A DNA stretch of 64,000 bases, taken from Candidatus Dadabacteria bacterium (GTDB lineage: Bacteria; Desulfobacterota_D; UBA1144; Nemesobacterales; CSP1-2). A program made the translations under genes and the position numbers. The notes under the pieces are model-generated. The model made no database searches. It was not told where the DNA came from and saw only the letters and a list, made by a program, of their open reading frames with translations. Shown here piece after piece: positions 31,223-41,317 of the stretch (its first letter is position 1; each line of letters starts with the position of its first letter). The stretch spans positions 256,001-320,000 of the forward strand of contig CAWDVW010000006.1 in the NCBI GenBank assembly GCA_963805855.1. Reading direction: 5' to 3'.

Positions 31223-32004
31223 TTAAGGCTTAATCGCATTAGCGGCTATAAAATATCCTGTTAAAAAGCGTGTCGGCCAAACCGATATACGCTCGAAACT
31301 CAAGAGAAAATTTAGCAAATGTTTTTGGAGTCCTCCACTTGAATGGTTTTGCGCAATTGCAGCCATTGCCATTGCGAAGATTCTGGGGAAATGCATTATT
31401 GATTTGATTTCAACCACTTCAAAACCGACAAGTTCCAAGTACTGTTGTAATTCATCCTTTTTTAGGGTAGCGCCTACATAATATGGTACAAGGTTCAAGC
31501 GACTCAGCAAATTGTATGGCAGAATGTTTCGAATTGCTATTATCGGATTTGCTAAATTATCCAGAGTTATGATGAGTTGACCACCCACCTTCAGCAGCCT
31601 ATAGAGTTCGTATAGTCCGGCAATGATCCTATCTTTTGATTCAAAATGATCTATTGTAGAGATAGAAATAATGACGTCGAATGTCCTATCGACAAAGGGT
31701 TGACAACGTACGTCTGCCCCAATTGCTAGAAGCCCAGCATGACGTTTCTTTGCAGCTTGTGCTGTCACAGCAGACAAATCAATGCCAACGACATACTTTG
31801 CTTGTGAAGTCAAGTTTGCATATAGGCCTTCGCCTAAGGACTCCTCGAATACGTCTGTCTTGAGGACATACTCTGCGCTACCTAGCCGTAGCCAGTTCCC
31901 AATAAGATCTTTGTTAACCGTGTCATAGTAAGTACGCCATAATGTGCGCGGAGGAGATTCTTGCCAGTACCTGGCTACTGAATCCCAGTACTCACTTTTT
32001 CCAT
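31223..32004 (-). CDS. Class I SAM-dependent methyltransferase (true start probably frameshifted at the T-tract near 32000)
   Basis: Frame is open upstream of the TTG (EYWDS...LKTDVFEESLGEG); VGIDLS, ADVR, FDVIIS and LKVGGQL motifs. Confidence 0.75.
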
Positions 32005-32156
32005 TATCAAACTTCGACTCATATAACTTTTTAATAAACCAGCCTCGCTATTACTTTTTTTACACCTTATCTTCAATTGTCAAATTGGGGCGAATTTGAG
32101 TTAGAGTAATTCCAATTTCTTATTGTATCCGAACAGATCAGAATGATCCACGCGGC

Positions 32157-33362
32157 TCACGCTAGTGCCCTCTTAAAGTAAGGCAATGAGAGTGGAGCGA
32201 CCAATGATCCGGGAGTCCACCCACGGCGATGAAATTCTAGACCTAAACTAAAGAGCTTGTCAAGTAGCGATGGATTGGCTGCCCTACTGCAAATTGTGTT
32301 GAAGCGTTTAAGCGCGAGGGGCACTGCAATGTCACGGGGTGATACGAGCTTTTGTGCCGCTTCATCTAACAACCAGGAAACCCTTTTAGTGAAGTAATTT
32401 TCAAGGAATTTTGTGATCTGCTCCTCGTTTAGTGAAGCGAATTCCATAGTACCTCCGAGGACGCCGCCGCAATTCGTAACAAAATCAGGCATACACAAGA
32501 TTCCCTGTTCAATTAAGATTTTCTCTGCTTCATGAGTTATTGGGTTGTTAGCACCCGGAGAGATAACGCGTGCCTTGATTCGGCTCGCATTTCCAATATG
32601 CACGCTGTCGTGGCGGGCACAAGGACAAAGCAAGTCAACGGGTAATTCAAGTAATTTCTCGCGGTTAATATGTTCACCGTCAGCGTAGGAGTCAACAACT
32701 CGACTTCCATTTTTTGTTGTAAGTTTGGTAAGCAGTTTTATATTTAGCCCTTGAGGATTGTAAATCGCCCCTCTCGATGTGGAAATCGCGACGATTCGAG
32801 CTCCGGCCTTATCCATGAAATTTGCCAAAGCGCTTCCCACTTTGCCAAGACCCTCGATGGCAACCGTGCAGTCTGATAGACTTAAATTTAGGTGGCTCAT
32901 TGCCTGCCTCGCGCCTATGAAAACTGTCAATGCTGTGTAGTAGCCGGACAATGTGCTCCGTAATTCACGTTTTTTAACCTGAATGCCGACTGCTTTTAAC
33001 ATGCTTCGAATGTCATTGTTATCCGTACCCATATCACTGTTAGGGATGTAGATACGCTTGCATAGCAGAGGTGCGATTGCCTTTGCAAACACTGCCAGGC
33101 GTTGATGTCGATCTAACTGAGGCGCCTCGGGATCGCCAAGGACCCCCGCTTTTGCACCACCCTGTGGAAGCCCCAAAAAACCATACTTAAGCGTCATCGC
33201 ACGTGCAAGCCCACGCATTTCCTTTTCGTCAATGTCAGGAAGCATTCGCAGTCCACCACACGAACGACCCCCGACAGTCGAATCAATTACCACATAACCG
33301 AGACGCTCAGAGCCCCGTGACACTGTTATTACAGTTTGAGGGCTTTTTGTTTCATAGAACAT
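32157..33362 (-). CDS. Glu/Leu/Phe/Val amino-acid dehydrogenase family
   Basis: GGLRM, LARAMTLK, GGAKAG, DMGT, EGLGKVG, GANNP and PDFVTNCGGV motifs. Confidence 0.9.
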   Translation of the reverse strand: MFYETKSPQTVITVSRGSERLGYVVIDSTVGGRSCGGLRMLPDIDEKEMRGLARAMTLKYGFLGLPQGGAKAGVLGDPEAPQLDRHQRLAVFAKAIAPLLCKRIYIPNSDMGTDNNDIRSMLKAVGIQVKKRELRSTLSGYYTALTVFIGARQAMSHLNLSLSDCTVAIEGLGKVGSALANFMDKAGARIVAISTSRGAIYNPQGLNIKLLTKLTTKNGSRVVDSYADGEHINREKLLELPVDLLCPCARHDSVHIGNASRIKARVISPGANNPITHEAEKILIEQGILCMPDFVTNCGGVLGGTMEFASLNEEQITKFLENYFTKRVSWLLDEAAQKLVSPRDIAVPLALKRFNTICSRAANPSLLDKLFSLGLEFHRRGWTPGSLVAPLSLPYFKRALA

Positions 33363-33455
33363 CTCGAGGTTTCCCTTTTAGAAAGATTTTCTAAATAAAT
33401 CATTTTAATGAAATGTCAGTCTAATACAGTCGTTTAGTTTTGATCATCAATGGTC

Positions 33456-34220
33456 TTAACGCTTAATTGCTTTATAAAAAGATAATTCCCAATTAACACA
33501 GTACTCCTTTTTTATGATAATGTACCCCAAATATCGCGTTATTCCGTGTAAAATTTGATCATGGGTACCTTTATCAATCCCAAAGAGAAGCTGGAAGTAA
33601 GTCAACATATCATCTAATGAAGAAAATCTCCAATGGTACTTTAAAGACGAAGAGTACACCACATCAAAGCCACAATTTTCTATTTCGCCTTGTGTGTTTT
33701 CATTGAGATACGCTCCCCTGTGTCCCATTGAATTATGCTCATTCACAAACACGTCCAAGAACGTCGAGACCATAGCATCCTGCCGAGCGTCGGCAATTAA
33801 CAATTTTCCTTTGCTTTTTAATATTCTATGTGATTCGCTATAAAAGGAGAGTTTGTCTTCAATATGATGTAAACCAGCCAAGCTTAATACCCTATCCACT
33901 GAATTTGACTTGATAGCTATACGATCAAGGTTTGTCAGAATTACATCCGAAGCGGTGTTGGCTTTACACGCTTTAGCAAACGCCTGAGATGTTTCGACGG
34001 ATACAATCTGAGCTCTCGCATTTACAAAGTTTTTTAAGTATCCCCCGCCTGAAGGGATATCGCATATGATGTCCCCATGTCCGATTTGGGCTAACTTTAT
34101 GATACTATCGAACTCTTCCCTTCTTGCCTGACCGTATAGCGTCATAGCCTTGTGGTAGAGATCTCCCCTTTTCTCGAATATTTCCTCGTAAGAATTGAAC
34201 ATCGATTTTACCACTAACAA
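33456..34220 (-). CDS. Class I SAM-dependent methyltransferase
   Basis: DIPSGGGYL, SLAGLHH and LKSKGKLLIAD motifs. Confidence 0.8.
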   Translation of the reverse strand: MLVVKSMFNSYEEIFEKRGDLYHKAMTLYGQARREEFDSIIKLAQIGHGDIICDIPSGGGYLKNFVNARAQIVSVETSQAFAKACKANTASDVILTNLDRIAIKSNSVDRVLSLAGLHHIEDKLSFYSESHRILKSKGKLLIADARQDAMVSTFLDVFVNEHNSMGHRGAYLNENTQGEIENCGFDVVYSSSLKYHWRFSSLDDMLTYFQLLFGIDKGTHDQILHGITRYLGYIIIKKEYCVNWELSFYKAIKR

Positions 34221-34475
34221 GTTAAACTCAATTTTTTATTGGCATCGCACTAAACCTTTCATGTCCATCCCTAATTATTCTATGACTAATTATTAATGTT
34301 AAAGTACTAAATGCTCTACAACCTAATTTCTGGATTTACCGAAACAACATGTCAACTTTCAACGCTCTAATCAACAAGTATTCTGAGTCAGCAACCTAAG
34401 TTGGTCTTAGCGTTGGAATAAAAAAACAATTCAAATAGTTCGATAATCGTACTAGAATGCTCAGCGTTTTATAAA

Positions 34476-35852
34476 TTAACATAATTTATCGTCAGGCTCA
34501 CCGTTAGTAGGTAGTTCAGTATCATGTGGCTGATCCCAGTCCATGCCATCATAAGCAGACCTGACCAAGGAGCGGGAAACCCGGAACTTACCGCTCGGTT
34601 CGATTCGGATCTCAGGCACTAAAAGGATCCGAAACTCTACTCCCTGTCCTAGTACAGAGATTACAGACTCCTCAAGTTGTGCAATTTCCTGAATTGTGGG
34701 AGTCCTATGGGGCACTATTCGCAAGACTACGCGATCTTCGCTTTCTTGAGTCAACTGATATTGGCGGATCCAAGGGGCATCATAAAATAATAAAGAAATC
34801 TCATAAGGATGTATCATACGTCCTCCGGGAAGTTGAAAGTAATCAAGCATGCGGCCCTGTATTGCCCTTATGGTCGAAAACGGCTGTCCACATCGACATG
34901 TTTCAAATCCTTTCGTGACAATGTCACCGAGTCGGTATCGGATGAATGGCATTGCAAATGAGTGTAAGTTAGTTCCCACGACCTCGCCCCGCTCACCTAT
35001 AGCTGCAGGGCGCCCGTCCTTAACAATCTCGACGATTACACTATCATCACAGGTATGAAGGTCGCCTGTCTTTATGCATTCCCAAGCGATCAAACTGAAT
35101 TCGTGGCTGCCATAAGTGTCAAATACCGGGACTTTGAAAGCCTCTGTAATTTGACGTCGCATCGGAGGAGTAAGTACCTCGCCGTTCACTCTTACAGACC
35201 GGGGCCGGACTAGCCGCCTATCCTCATCGTCTAAAGTTTGAGCCACACGTGAAAGCACTCCCGGGGATCCAGTCAAAATGTCGGGACGGTAATGCCGCAA
35301 TGCGCTAAGAATTTTCTCGGGGGGCAAAAGGCGATTAATCCGAACTCTGCGATACAAATGTATAGCTTGTAGGATTTGCGTAATAATTCGGTTGTCGTTT
35401 GGGTCCAACGGTCTAACAAGGCCAATGCTGGCGACCCTATCTGTGGATCTTTGTCCATGATAAGACATGGCACGCAGTCGAAACAGGAAAAGGATACGCC
35501 GCTCAAGCCAGCTGTGTCTAATTGTGAACGGTTCGCCTGAGGAACCACTGGTCCTGTGGGCAATAAGGTTTTTTGGATTTAGACCCTGTGCCACCACATC
35601 TTCAGGCGGCAACGATTGCAAATCCTTCTTGGAGGTGACTGGTATTATAGAGAGATCTGCCACACTCTGGATGTCTTTTGGCTTAATACGGTTCTGATCA
35701 AACAACCTGCGGTAATAGGGAACATTCTCATAAGCATGATTAATGACTCGACGCAACTGCCTGTTCTGGAAACAAACGATCTTATCCCGTCCCAGTTTGG
35801 GGAGAAGTAGAAGTGGGTAAAATACGGAGAATCGGCTTAAAAGATCGTTCAT
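34476..35852 (-). CDS. Phenylacetate-CoA-ligase (PaaK/CapK)-like adenylate-forming enzyme
   Basis: AYENVPYYR, TSGSSGEP, DTYGSHE, MPFIRYRLGD and GR motifs. Confidence 0.88.
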   Translation of the reverse strand: MNDLLSRFSVFYPLLLLPKLGRDKIVCFQNRQLRRVINHAYENVPYYRRLFDQNRIKPKDIQSVADLSIIPVTSKKDLQSLPPEDVVAQGLNPKNLIAHRTSGSSGEPFTIRHSWLERRILFLFRLRAMSYHGQRSTDRVASIGLVRPLDPNDNRIITQILQAIHLYRRVRINRLLPPEKILSALRHYRPDILTGSPGVLSRVAQTLDDEDRRLVRPRSVRVNGEVLTPPMRRQITEAFKVPVFDTYGSHEFSLIAWECIKTGDLHTCDDSVIVEIVKDGRPAAIGERGEVVGTNLHSFAMPFIRYRLGDIVTKGFETCRCGQPFSTIRAIQGRMLDYFQLPGGRMIHPYEISLLFYDAPWIRQYQLTQESEDRVVLRIVPHRTPTIQEIAQLEESVISVLGQGVEFRILLVPEIRIEPSGKFRVSRSLVRSAYDGMDWDQPHDTELPTNGEPDDKLC

Positions 35853-35886
35853 TGACTCCCTAATTTATAAACTTAACTTGCACCAA

Positions 35887-37277
35887 TCAACCTATTTTAT
35901 CGCCATGCCTAACAGCAGCGTGTAGTCTGTCACTCTGAGGTTGATCCCAATCAATTCCGTCATAATCAGACTTTACATAGGATCGAGCAAGCCGGAACTT
36001 GCCATCAGGTTCGAGGTTGATTTCAGGCAGAAGCTTTATACAAAATTCCACATCCTGCCCCACTTTGGTATATACCACCTGTTTAAGTCGGTCGATTTGC
36101 TGTGTTGTGGGAGTTGTGAACGGAACTACATGCAAGGTGATACGATCCTCCTGTTCTTGAATCAATTGATATTTACGAATCCACGATGCTTCGTCGTATA
36201 TGATCAACACAAATTCATAGGGGTGTATCATACGCCCCCCAGGGAGTGGAAAGTAGTCCATCATGCGACCCTGGATTGCCTTTATAGTTGAGAATGGCTG
36301 ACCGCATTTACAGGTCTCTGATCCCTTTGTAACTATGTCACCGAGACGGTATCGGATGAACGGCATAGCAAATGAATGAAGGTTTGTTCCCACCACCTCG
36401 CCCCGTTCTCCTTGTGCTACAGGCCGACCATTCTTTAGGACCTCGACGACGATGTTGTCGTCGCAAGTGTGTAACTCACCCGTTTCTTTGCATTCCCACC
36501 CAATAGCTCCGAATTCGCGACAGGCGTAGTAGTCGAACACCGGAACACAAAAAGCTTGGGTAATCTCGCGTTTCATCAAGGGAGTAGCTACCTGCCCATT
36601 AACTCTGACAAAGCGGGGAAAATTTCTAGATGATCCTTATTGTTATTGTTGACGGCCTGGGCCACTTCTGAGAGTATCCCTGCGTGTCCTGTCAGAATAT
36701 TGGGACGGAAATCCTGCAATGTGCGGACAATATCCTTTGGGGACATTAGCGAATCAATTCGCTTATAATGATACAGACCAAGTGTCTGAAGGATACGCAT
36801 GGGAAATTGGATGTTGCGTGGGTGTATGGGATGAATAAGGCCAACGCTTGCTACCTTGTCCGTGGGTCTTTGCCCAAAGTAACGCATGCTGCGCAGCCGA
36901 ATTAGACTGAGGAAACGCTCCTCAAGCCAAGTTCGTCGAATCTTGAAGGGTTCGCCGCTAGAACCGCTCGTCCTGAGGACAATGAGGTGTTCGGGATTTA
37001 CACCCCTCGCCACCATATCGTCAGCAGGCAATGATTGCAAATCCTTCTTGGTGGTAACTGGTATCATACTGAGGTCTGCCACACTCTGGATGTCTTTTGG
37101 CTTAATACGGTTCTGATCAAACAGCCTGTGGTAGTAAGGGACATTCTGGTAAGCGTGCGAGATAAGACGACGCAACTGCTTGTTTTGAAATGCTACGATC
37201 TCGTCTCGCGATACATTAGGATGACGAAGAAGAGAAGGTATCACAGAGAGTTGGTTTAAGACAGTGTTAATTGGCAT
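35887..37277 (-). CDS. Second PaaK/CapK-like adenylate-forming enzyme (frameshift in G-tract near 36615)
   Basis: ORFs 36588..37277 and 35887..36579 join; clear paralogue of the adjacent gene. Confidence 0.82.
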
Positions 37278-37527
37278 GACTCGCTTATAGATATTGTACC
37301 AGAATTCATCCTATTCCCTGACGATAGATTGTCACAAAATCCAAATTCAGGTTGAACAAAAGGGAAACGATTTCAGTTTGGAGCTTTAGTCACCGCGTGA
37401 CTCAGTTGGACTTTACCATTTTCCAATAACACGTACAAAGAGTGTTTTTGAAAAATCAATCATGTGTTGTACCTAAATAGATCCTATCAGCTGTGCGTTG
37501 TATTCAGACATGGCGAAGCAAACTGGA

Positions 37528-39126
37528 CTAATCTTGCCGGGCAAATACGCCCAGAGCCTTGGCCACTTTCGTCTCAATCGGAAAGCGCGCATCCATATTA
37601 CTTACGCGGTACCTTGCCAATGGTCGATAAAGCTTTGCTAATCCAACAACTATCGGACTAGTTTTCTTATAAGGATTGACGAAATGCCCATCTCCCAAGA
37701 AAATCAAGGGGAAATCCAATCCCTCTACCAGCTTCCTCGTCTCCGGTGGGACCCAGGGAGCATCACTGGCTACGCGTCGAAAGTTAAAGCGTGCCCAGTC
37801 TTCTAATCTTTCAGGTTTCCTGAGTCCGTGCTGAAGCGCAACATGATAAAGCTCCGTACCCGGGTAGGGAGTGTAAATGTTGAAACTCTTGACGGCCTTT
37901 GGATTTTCTTCAACGAGTCGCTCTGCCAAACGTATACTCTGGGCAAACTCGTCAGGGGTTTCTGTGGGCAGTCCCATCATGAATAGATAAAGCGGGACAA
38001 TGGGATAGGGAATCAACTTCCGGCCGGCCTCTATCACCTGTTCGAGTTTGATATCTTTCTTGATCAAGTCTAAGATTCTCTGGCTACCTGATTCAATCCC
38101 AATGGTTAGGCGCCTGACGCCAGCTCTAACCATCAGTTTGAGAAAGGCGTCATCCATTCTACAAATGGTATCCGCACGAATTTGAAGTTTTCCAATGCTG
38201 ATTTTGAGGTCAGCACGAACTATTTCCTCTAAAATTCCGTATGCCCGTTTCATATCAATGAAAAAATGATCGTCCGAGAAGTTAAAACCTCGAATACCAT
38301 AATCTTGGATTATTCGCTTCAACTGGTCTACCACGGTTTTCGGTTGCATCGCTCTCCACTTTCTCTTGTGCAAAACGGGATCCCAGCAAAAGCTACATCG
38401 GAAAGTGCAGCCTCGGCTTGAATTGAAGCTGAAGTGGTCAACTCCAAAGAGTTTCCTCCGATAGTGGCTCATGTCGACTAGACGGTAGGAAAGAGGTGGT
38501 TGCTCGTCTAGATTTACAAAAGGGCGTTCGCCAGTCCAGCGTATTTTATAATTGCCATTGGTACTCACTGTTACAGGTTCATTTTTCTCATGCGTTCCCA
38601 GAACGGACAAACCTAAAGGATCATCAGGCCTGATAGTTTGGGTAGCCTCTGATTTGCCATTTTTACCACTGTTGTATTCTTTATAGCATATGCCTTTCAC
38701 AGTGCTAAGAGGTGTGCCTGACTCCAGGGCTTTCACCAATTCTTCAAAAGTGACTTCGCCCTCACCCACAACCACAATATCAACTAGGGGATTCTCCAGC
38801 GTTTGTTGGGGTAACAGACTGGCATGAATACCGCCCCAGACGATGGGAACATTTGGATGCCATTTCCTAAAAACCTTGCAGGCCTCTAAAGCGCGCAGGA
38901 TCTGCGGCCCTGTCATGCAGGTAACCCCGAAACATATCGGTCTTTCTTCAAGGGCTTCCACGAATTCCCTTTTCCAATGGGGATCTGCAAATTGATCGAT
39001 GATCCTGATGCGATATCCCTGGAGGTCGAGTGGCGTAGCAGTACTCAGGAGGCTTAAAGGAACTTCAATGCGTCGCTGTGCCTGCCACCCACTACGGGGT
39101 GCAGGATTAAATAACACTATATACAT
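37528..39126 (-). CDS. B12-binding radical SAM enzyme (class B methyltransferase-like)
   Basis: N-terminal cobalamin domain (WGGIHAS, GEGE), SRGCTFRCSFC (CxxxCxxC), GIESGSQR and PYPGT motifs. Confidence 0.92.
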   Translation of the reverse strand: MYIVLFNPAPRSGWQAQRRIEVPLSLLSTATPLDLQGYRIRIIDQFADPHWKREFVEALEERPICFGVTCMTGPQILRALEACKVFRKWHPNVPIVWGGIHASLLPQQTLENPLVDIVVVGEGEVTFEELVKALESGTPLSTVKGICYKEYNSGKNGKSEATQTIRPDDPLGLSVLGTHEKNEPVTVSTNGNYKIRWTGERPFVNLDEQPPLSYRLVDMSHYRRKLFGVDHFSFNSSRGCTFRCSFCWDPVLHKRKWRAMQPKTVVDQLKRIIQDYGIRGFNFSDDHFFIDMKRAYGILEEIVRADLKISIGKLQIRADTICRMDDAFLKLMVRAGVRRLTIGIESGSQRILDLIKKDIKLEQVIEAGRKLIPYPIVPLYLFMMGLPTETPDEFAQSIRLAERLVEENPKAVKSFNIYTPYPGTELYHVALQHGLRKPERLEDWARFNFRRVASDAPWVPPETRKLVEGLDFPLIFLGDGHFVNPYKKTSPIVVGLAKLYRPLARYRVSNMDARFPIETKVAKALGVFARQD

Positions 39127-39216
39127 TAATAAGCTCCATCAGACCTTAAATTTCCTACCATGACCAAAGACGAAGTTGTGTGAAATTCCCAATTGATTTG
39201 GGTTTTAGAAACACAA

Positions 39217-40179
39217 TCACATTTTAGTATATTTTCTGACCGAGTCAACAAGGCTTGGATCAAAAGCCTCAAACAACCCAGGATCTTTCAAGTGACTTGG
39301 CGACTTATGACTAAAGATATATTCACCGACGATCGGTGCTAACTTGTACGTGGCAACACCGCTTTCTCGCTCAATAGTCTTGGACAACTGTCTTAAGTTT
39401 TCCAAATTTACTCGGGCATCAAAGCCTTTTATATACAGATTTAAAGCAACCTGTTCCAATGAAGCGTTTCCAGCCCTATCTCCTAACCCGTTTACAGTTA
39501 CGTCTAACCCATCTGCACCCGCATAAACAGCAGCCAAAGAATTTGCAGTCGCTAAACCAAGATCATTATGCCCGTGGAAAAATAGAGTATTATCAATATC
39601 CTGTTTTAATCTTTTAATTAAATCATAAACCGCAAAGGGATCCGAGCTGCCATTCGTATCATAAACAGTTATTCTTTTGGCTCCCTTGTTGCTGCTTTCT
39701 ATGGCTATCTCCATCAGGAATTCAATTTCTATTTGAGTGGAATGTGGAAAACCTACACCTATATCTGGATGAATGGATGAGGAATAAGTCAGCACATCTA
39801 CGAGAAGTTTTATCTTGGAATTTTTATCATGTGGTTTCCTTTTCGGAGATACTGGCATTAATATATCGAATCTATCCAGGTGCTTAGATGCTTCTATAAC
39901 TTCTTCTTCAAACACTTTACTATAAGAATATATCAAACCCGAGGTTCTTAATTTTAATCTCTCCTGTTTAAGTGTTTTTACAAATTCAATATCTTTAAGA
40001 ACTCTACTGGGGGCCACAACCTCGATTTCAGGCACTTTTGCCTCATCAAGCAGTTTTGCTATCTTTAATTTTTGCTCTAGCGAAAAACTTACATTTGGGA
40101 CGTCCAATCCCTCTCTTAAAGTAGAGTCTTTGATAATGATTTTTTTGAATGATTGACCCTGCAAATTAAAACCTCTCAT
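39217..40179 (-). CDS. DRE-TIM acyl-CoA condensing enzyme (homocitrate/isopropylmalate synthase-like, no regulatory domain)
   Basis: DSTLREG, DTNG, HGHNDLGLATANSLAA and NGLGDRAGNA motifs. Confidence 0.85.
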   Translation of the reverse strand: MRGFNLQGQSFKKIIIKDSTLREGLDVPNVSFSLEQKLKIAKLLDEAKVPEIEVVAPSRVLKDIEFVKTLKQERLKLRTSGLIYSYSKVFEEEVIEASKHLDRFDILMPVSPKRKPHDKNSKIKLLVDVLTYSSSIHPDIGVGFPHSTQIEIEFLMEIAIESSNKGAKRITVYDTNGSSDPFAVYDLIKRLKQDIDNTLFFHGHNDLGLATANSLAAVYAGADGLDVTVNGLGDRAGNASLEQVALNLYIKGFDARVNLENLRQLSKTIERESGVATYKLAPIVGEYIFSHKSPSHLKDPGLFEAFDPSLVDSVRKYTKM

Positions 40180-40709
40180 GATGAATCAAATCCGTCAAAG
40201 GTCTGAGTTCTTTTGGTTTAGGTTTTTCCTCTGGATAGCCCATAGGAATAATCGAGATAGGGTCAACATTTGAGGGGATACCTAGGATTTGTCTGATTTC
40301 ATTCGATATCCCGGGTTCATTTGCACTATATGCTGAAAGGTAAACACTTCGCTAATCCCCTGCTGTGTGCCCCAAATAATATAATCGAACTGGCCAATAT
40401 GCCATTTTCAATCTCTCGATCATAGGATTTTTCCTTATCAACACACACTACGATTATCAAGGCGGCATCCGTCATAAAGTCTGCTTTATACATTCTTTTT
40501 TCTTCTGGACAATATCTATTCTTTATTGCGGCTAATTGTTTCTTGGTGCTTTCCTTTTTAATAACTATAAAGTGCCAGGGTTGACCGTTCATAGAAGACG
40601 GAGCGTAACGAGCTAGTTCTAATAATTCTTCGATTACCGAATTGGGGATATCCCTTTTATGATATTTTCTAATAGACCTCCGTTCCTTGATGGCTTTTTC
40701 CAATTCCAT
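40166..40709 (-). CDS. Nitroreductase family protein (frameshift near 40350)
   Basis: RRSIRKY and APSSMNGQPWHF; alternative frame continues LGIP...IIPMGYP to a stop at 40166. Confidence 0.85.
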
Positions 40710-41044
40710 TAGTTGCTACGAGCAATTAAATATGATTTTCTGGATAAATTACTTGACGATAATGAGCTCAATTTAATAAGTCGAAGGATATCATCACCCT
40801 GTTTAAATGCAAATTTGACTGGGCTGAACCCCAGATTCTGCAAGGCCTGCTTCCCAAAGGGCAACTTTCTTAATCCCCGCGGTTAGAACCGCGTGCGATA
40901 CAACAGATATAAGATATATTAGTAATAGGTACAAAAAAGTAAATATGGCACCAAAGCATCTTTTTGCATTTCATACGGTGAATCAAAAAATGTAGATTTT
41001 ATTATTAAATAGTAATTTCTCAATTGCTCAATGTCGCTATATTA

Positions 41045-41227
41045 TCAACGACAAGGTGGTGCTTCATCACGGAAGTCTTTGATCATATGAAAGGTTTTTA
41101 GCAGTTTATCTTCTCTTCTACCGGCCAAAGTTACTTTTGCTCCTTCTCTGGCAAAAAGAAGGGTAGTGGCCTTGCCTATTCCTGTTCCCCCACGGGAGAC
41201 AATTGCAATCTTGCCTTTCAATTCCAT
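41045..41227 (-). pseudogene. Truncated short-chain dehydrogenase (N-terminal Rossmann motif only)
   Basis: MELKGKIAIVSRGGTGIGKATTLLFAREGAKV, then ends at 60 aa. Confidence 0.75.
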
Positions 41228-41317
41228 ATCGTTACACTCTAAGAGACTTTCAGAGTAGTTAGAAATATAATTAGAGATTTAGGCTTTCTCCGATCCTACG
41301 TAATTACGGGGTAAAAA

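Noticed and set aside
40800-40900. Possible cobalamin riboswitch upstream of the B12 radical SAM cluster
   Set aside because: Only a GGGAA motif and one hairpin (cgcggtt-ag-aaccgcg) are present; conserved B12-box elements were not found. Needs an Infernal search.
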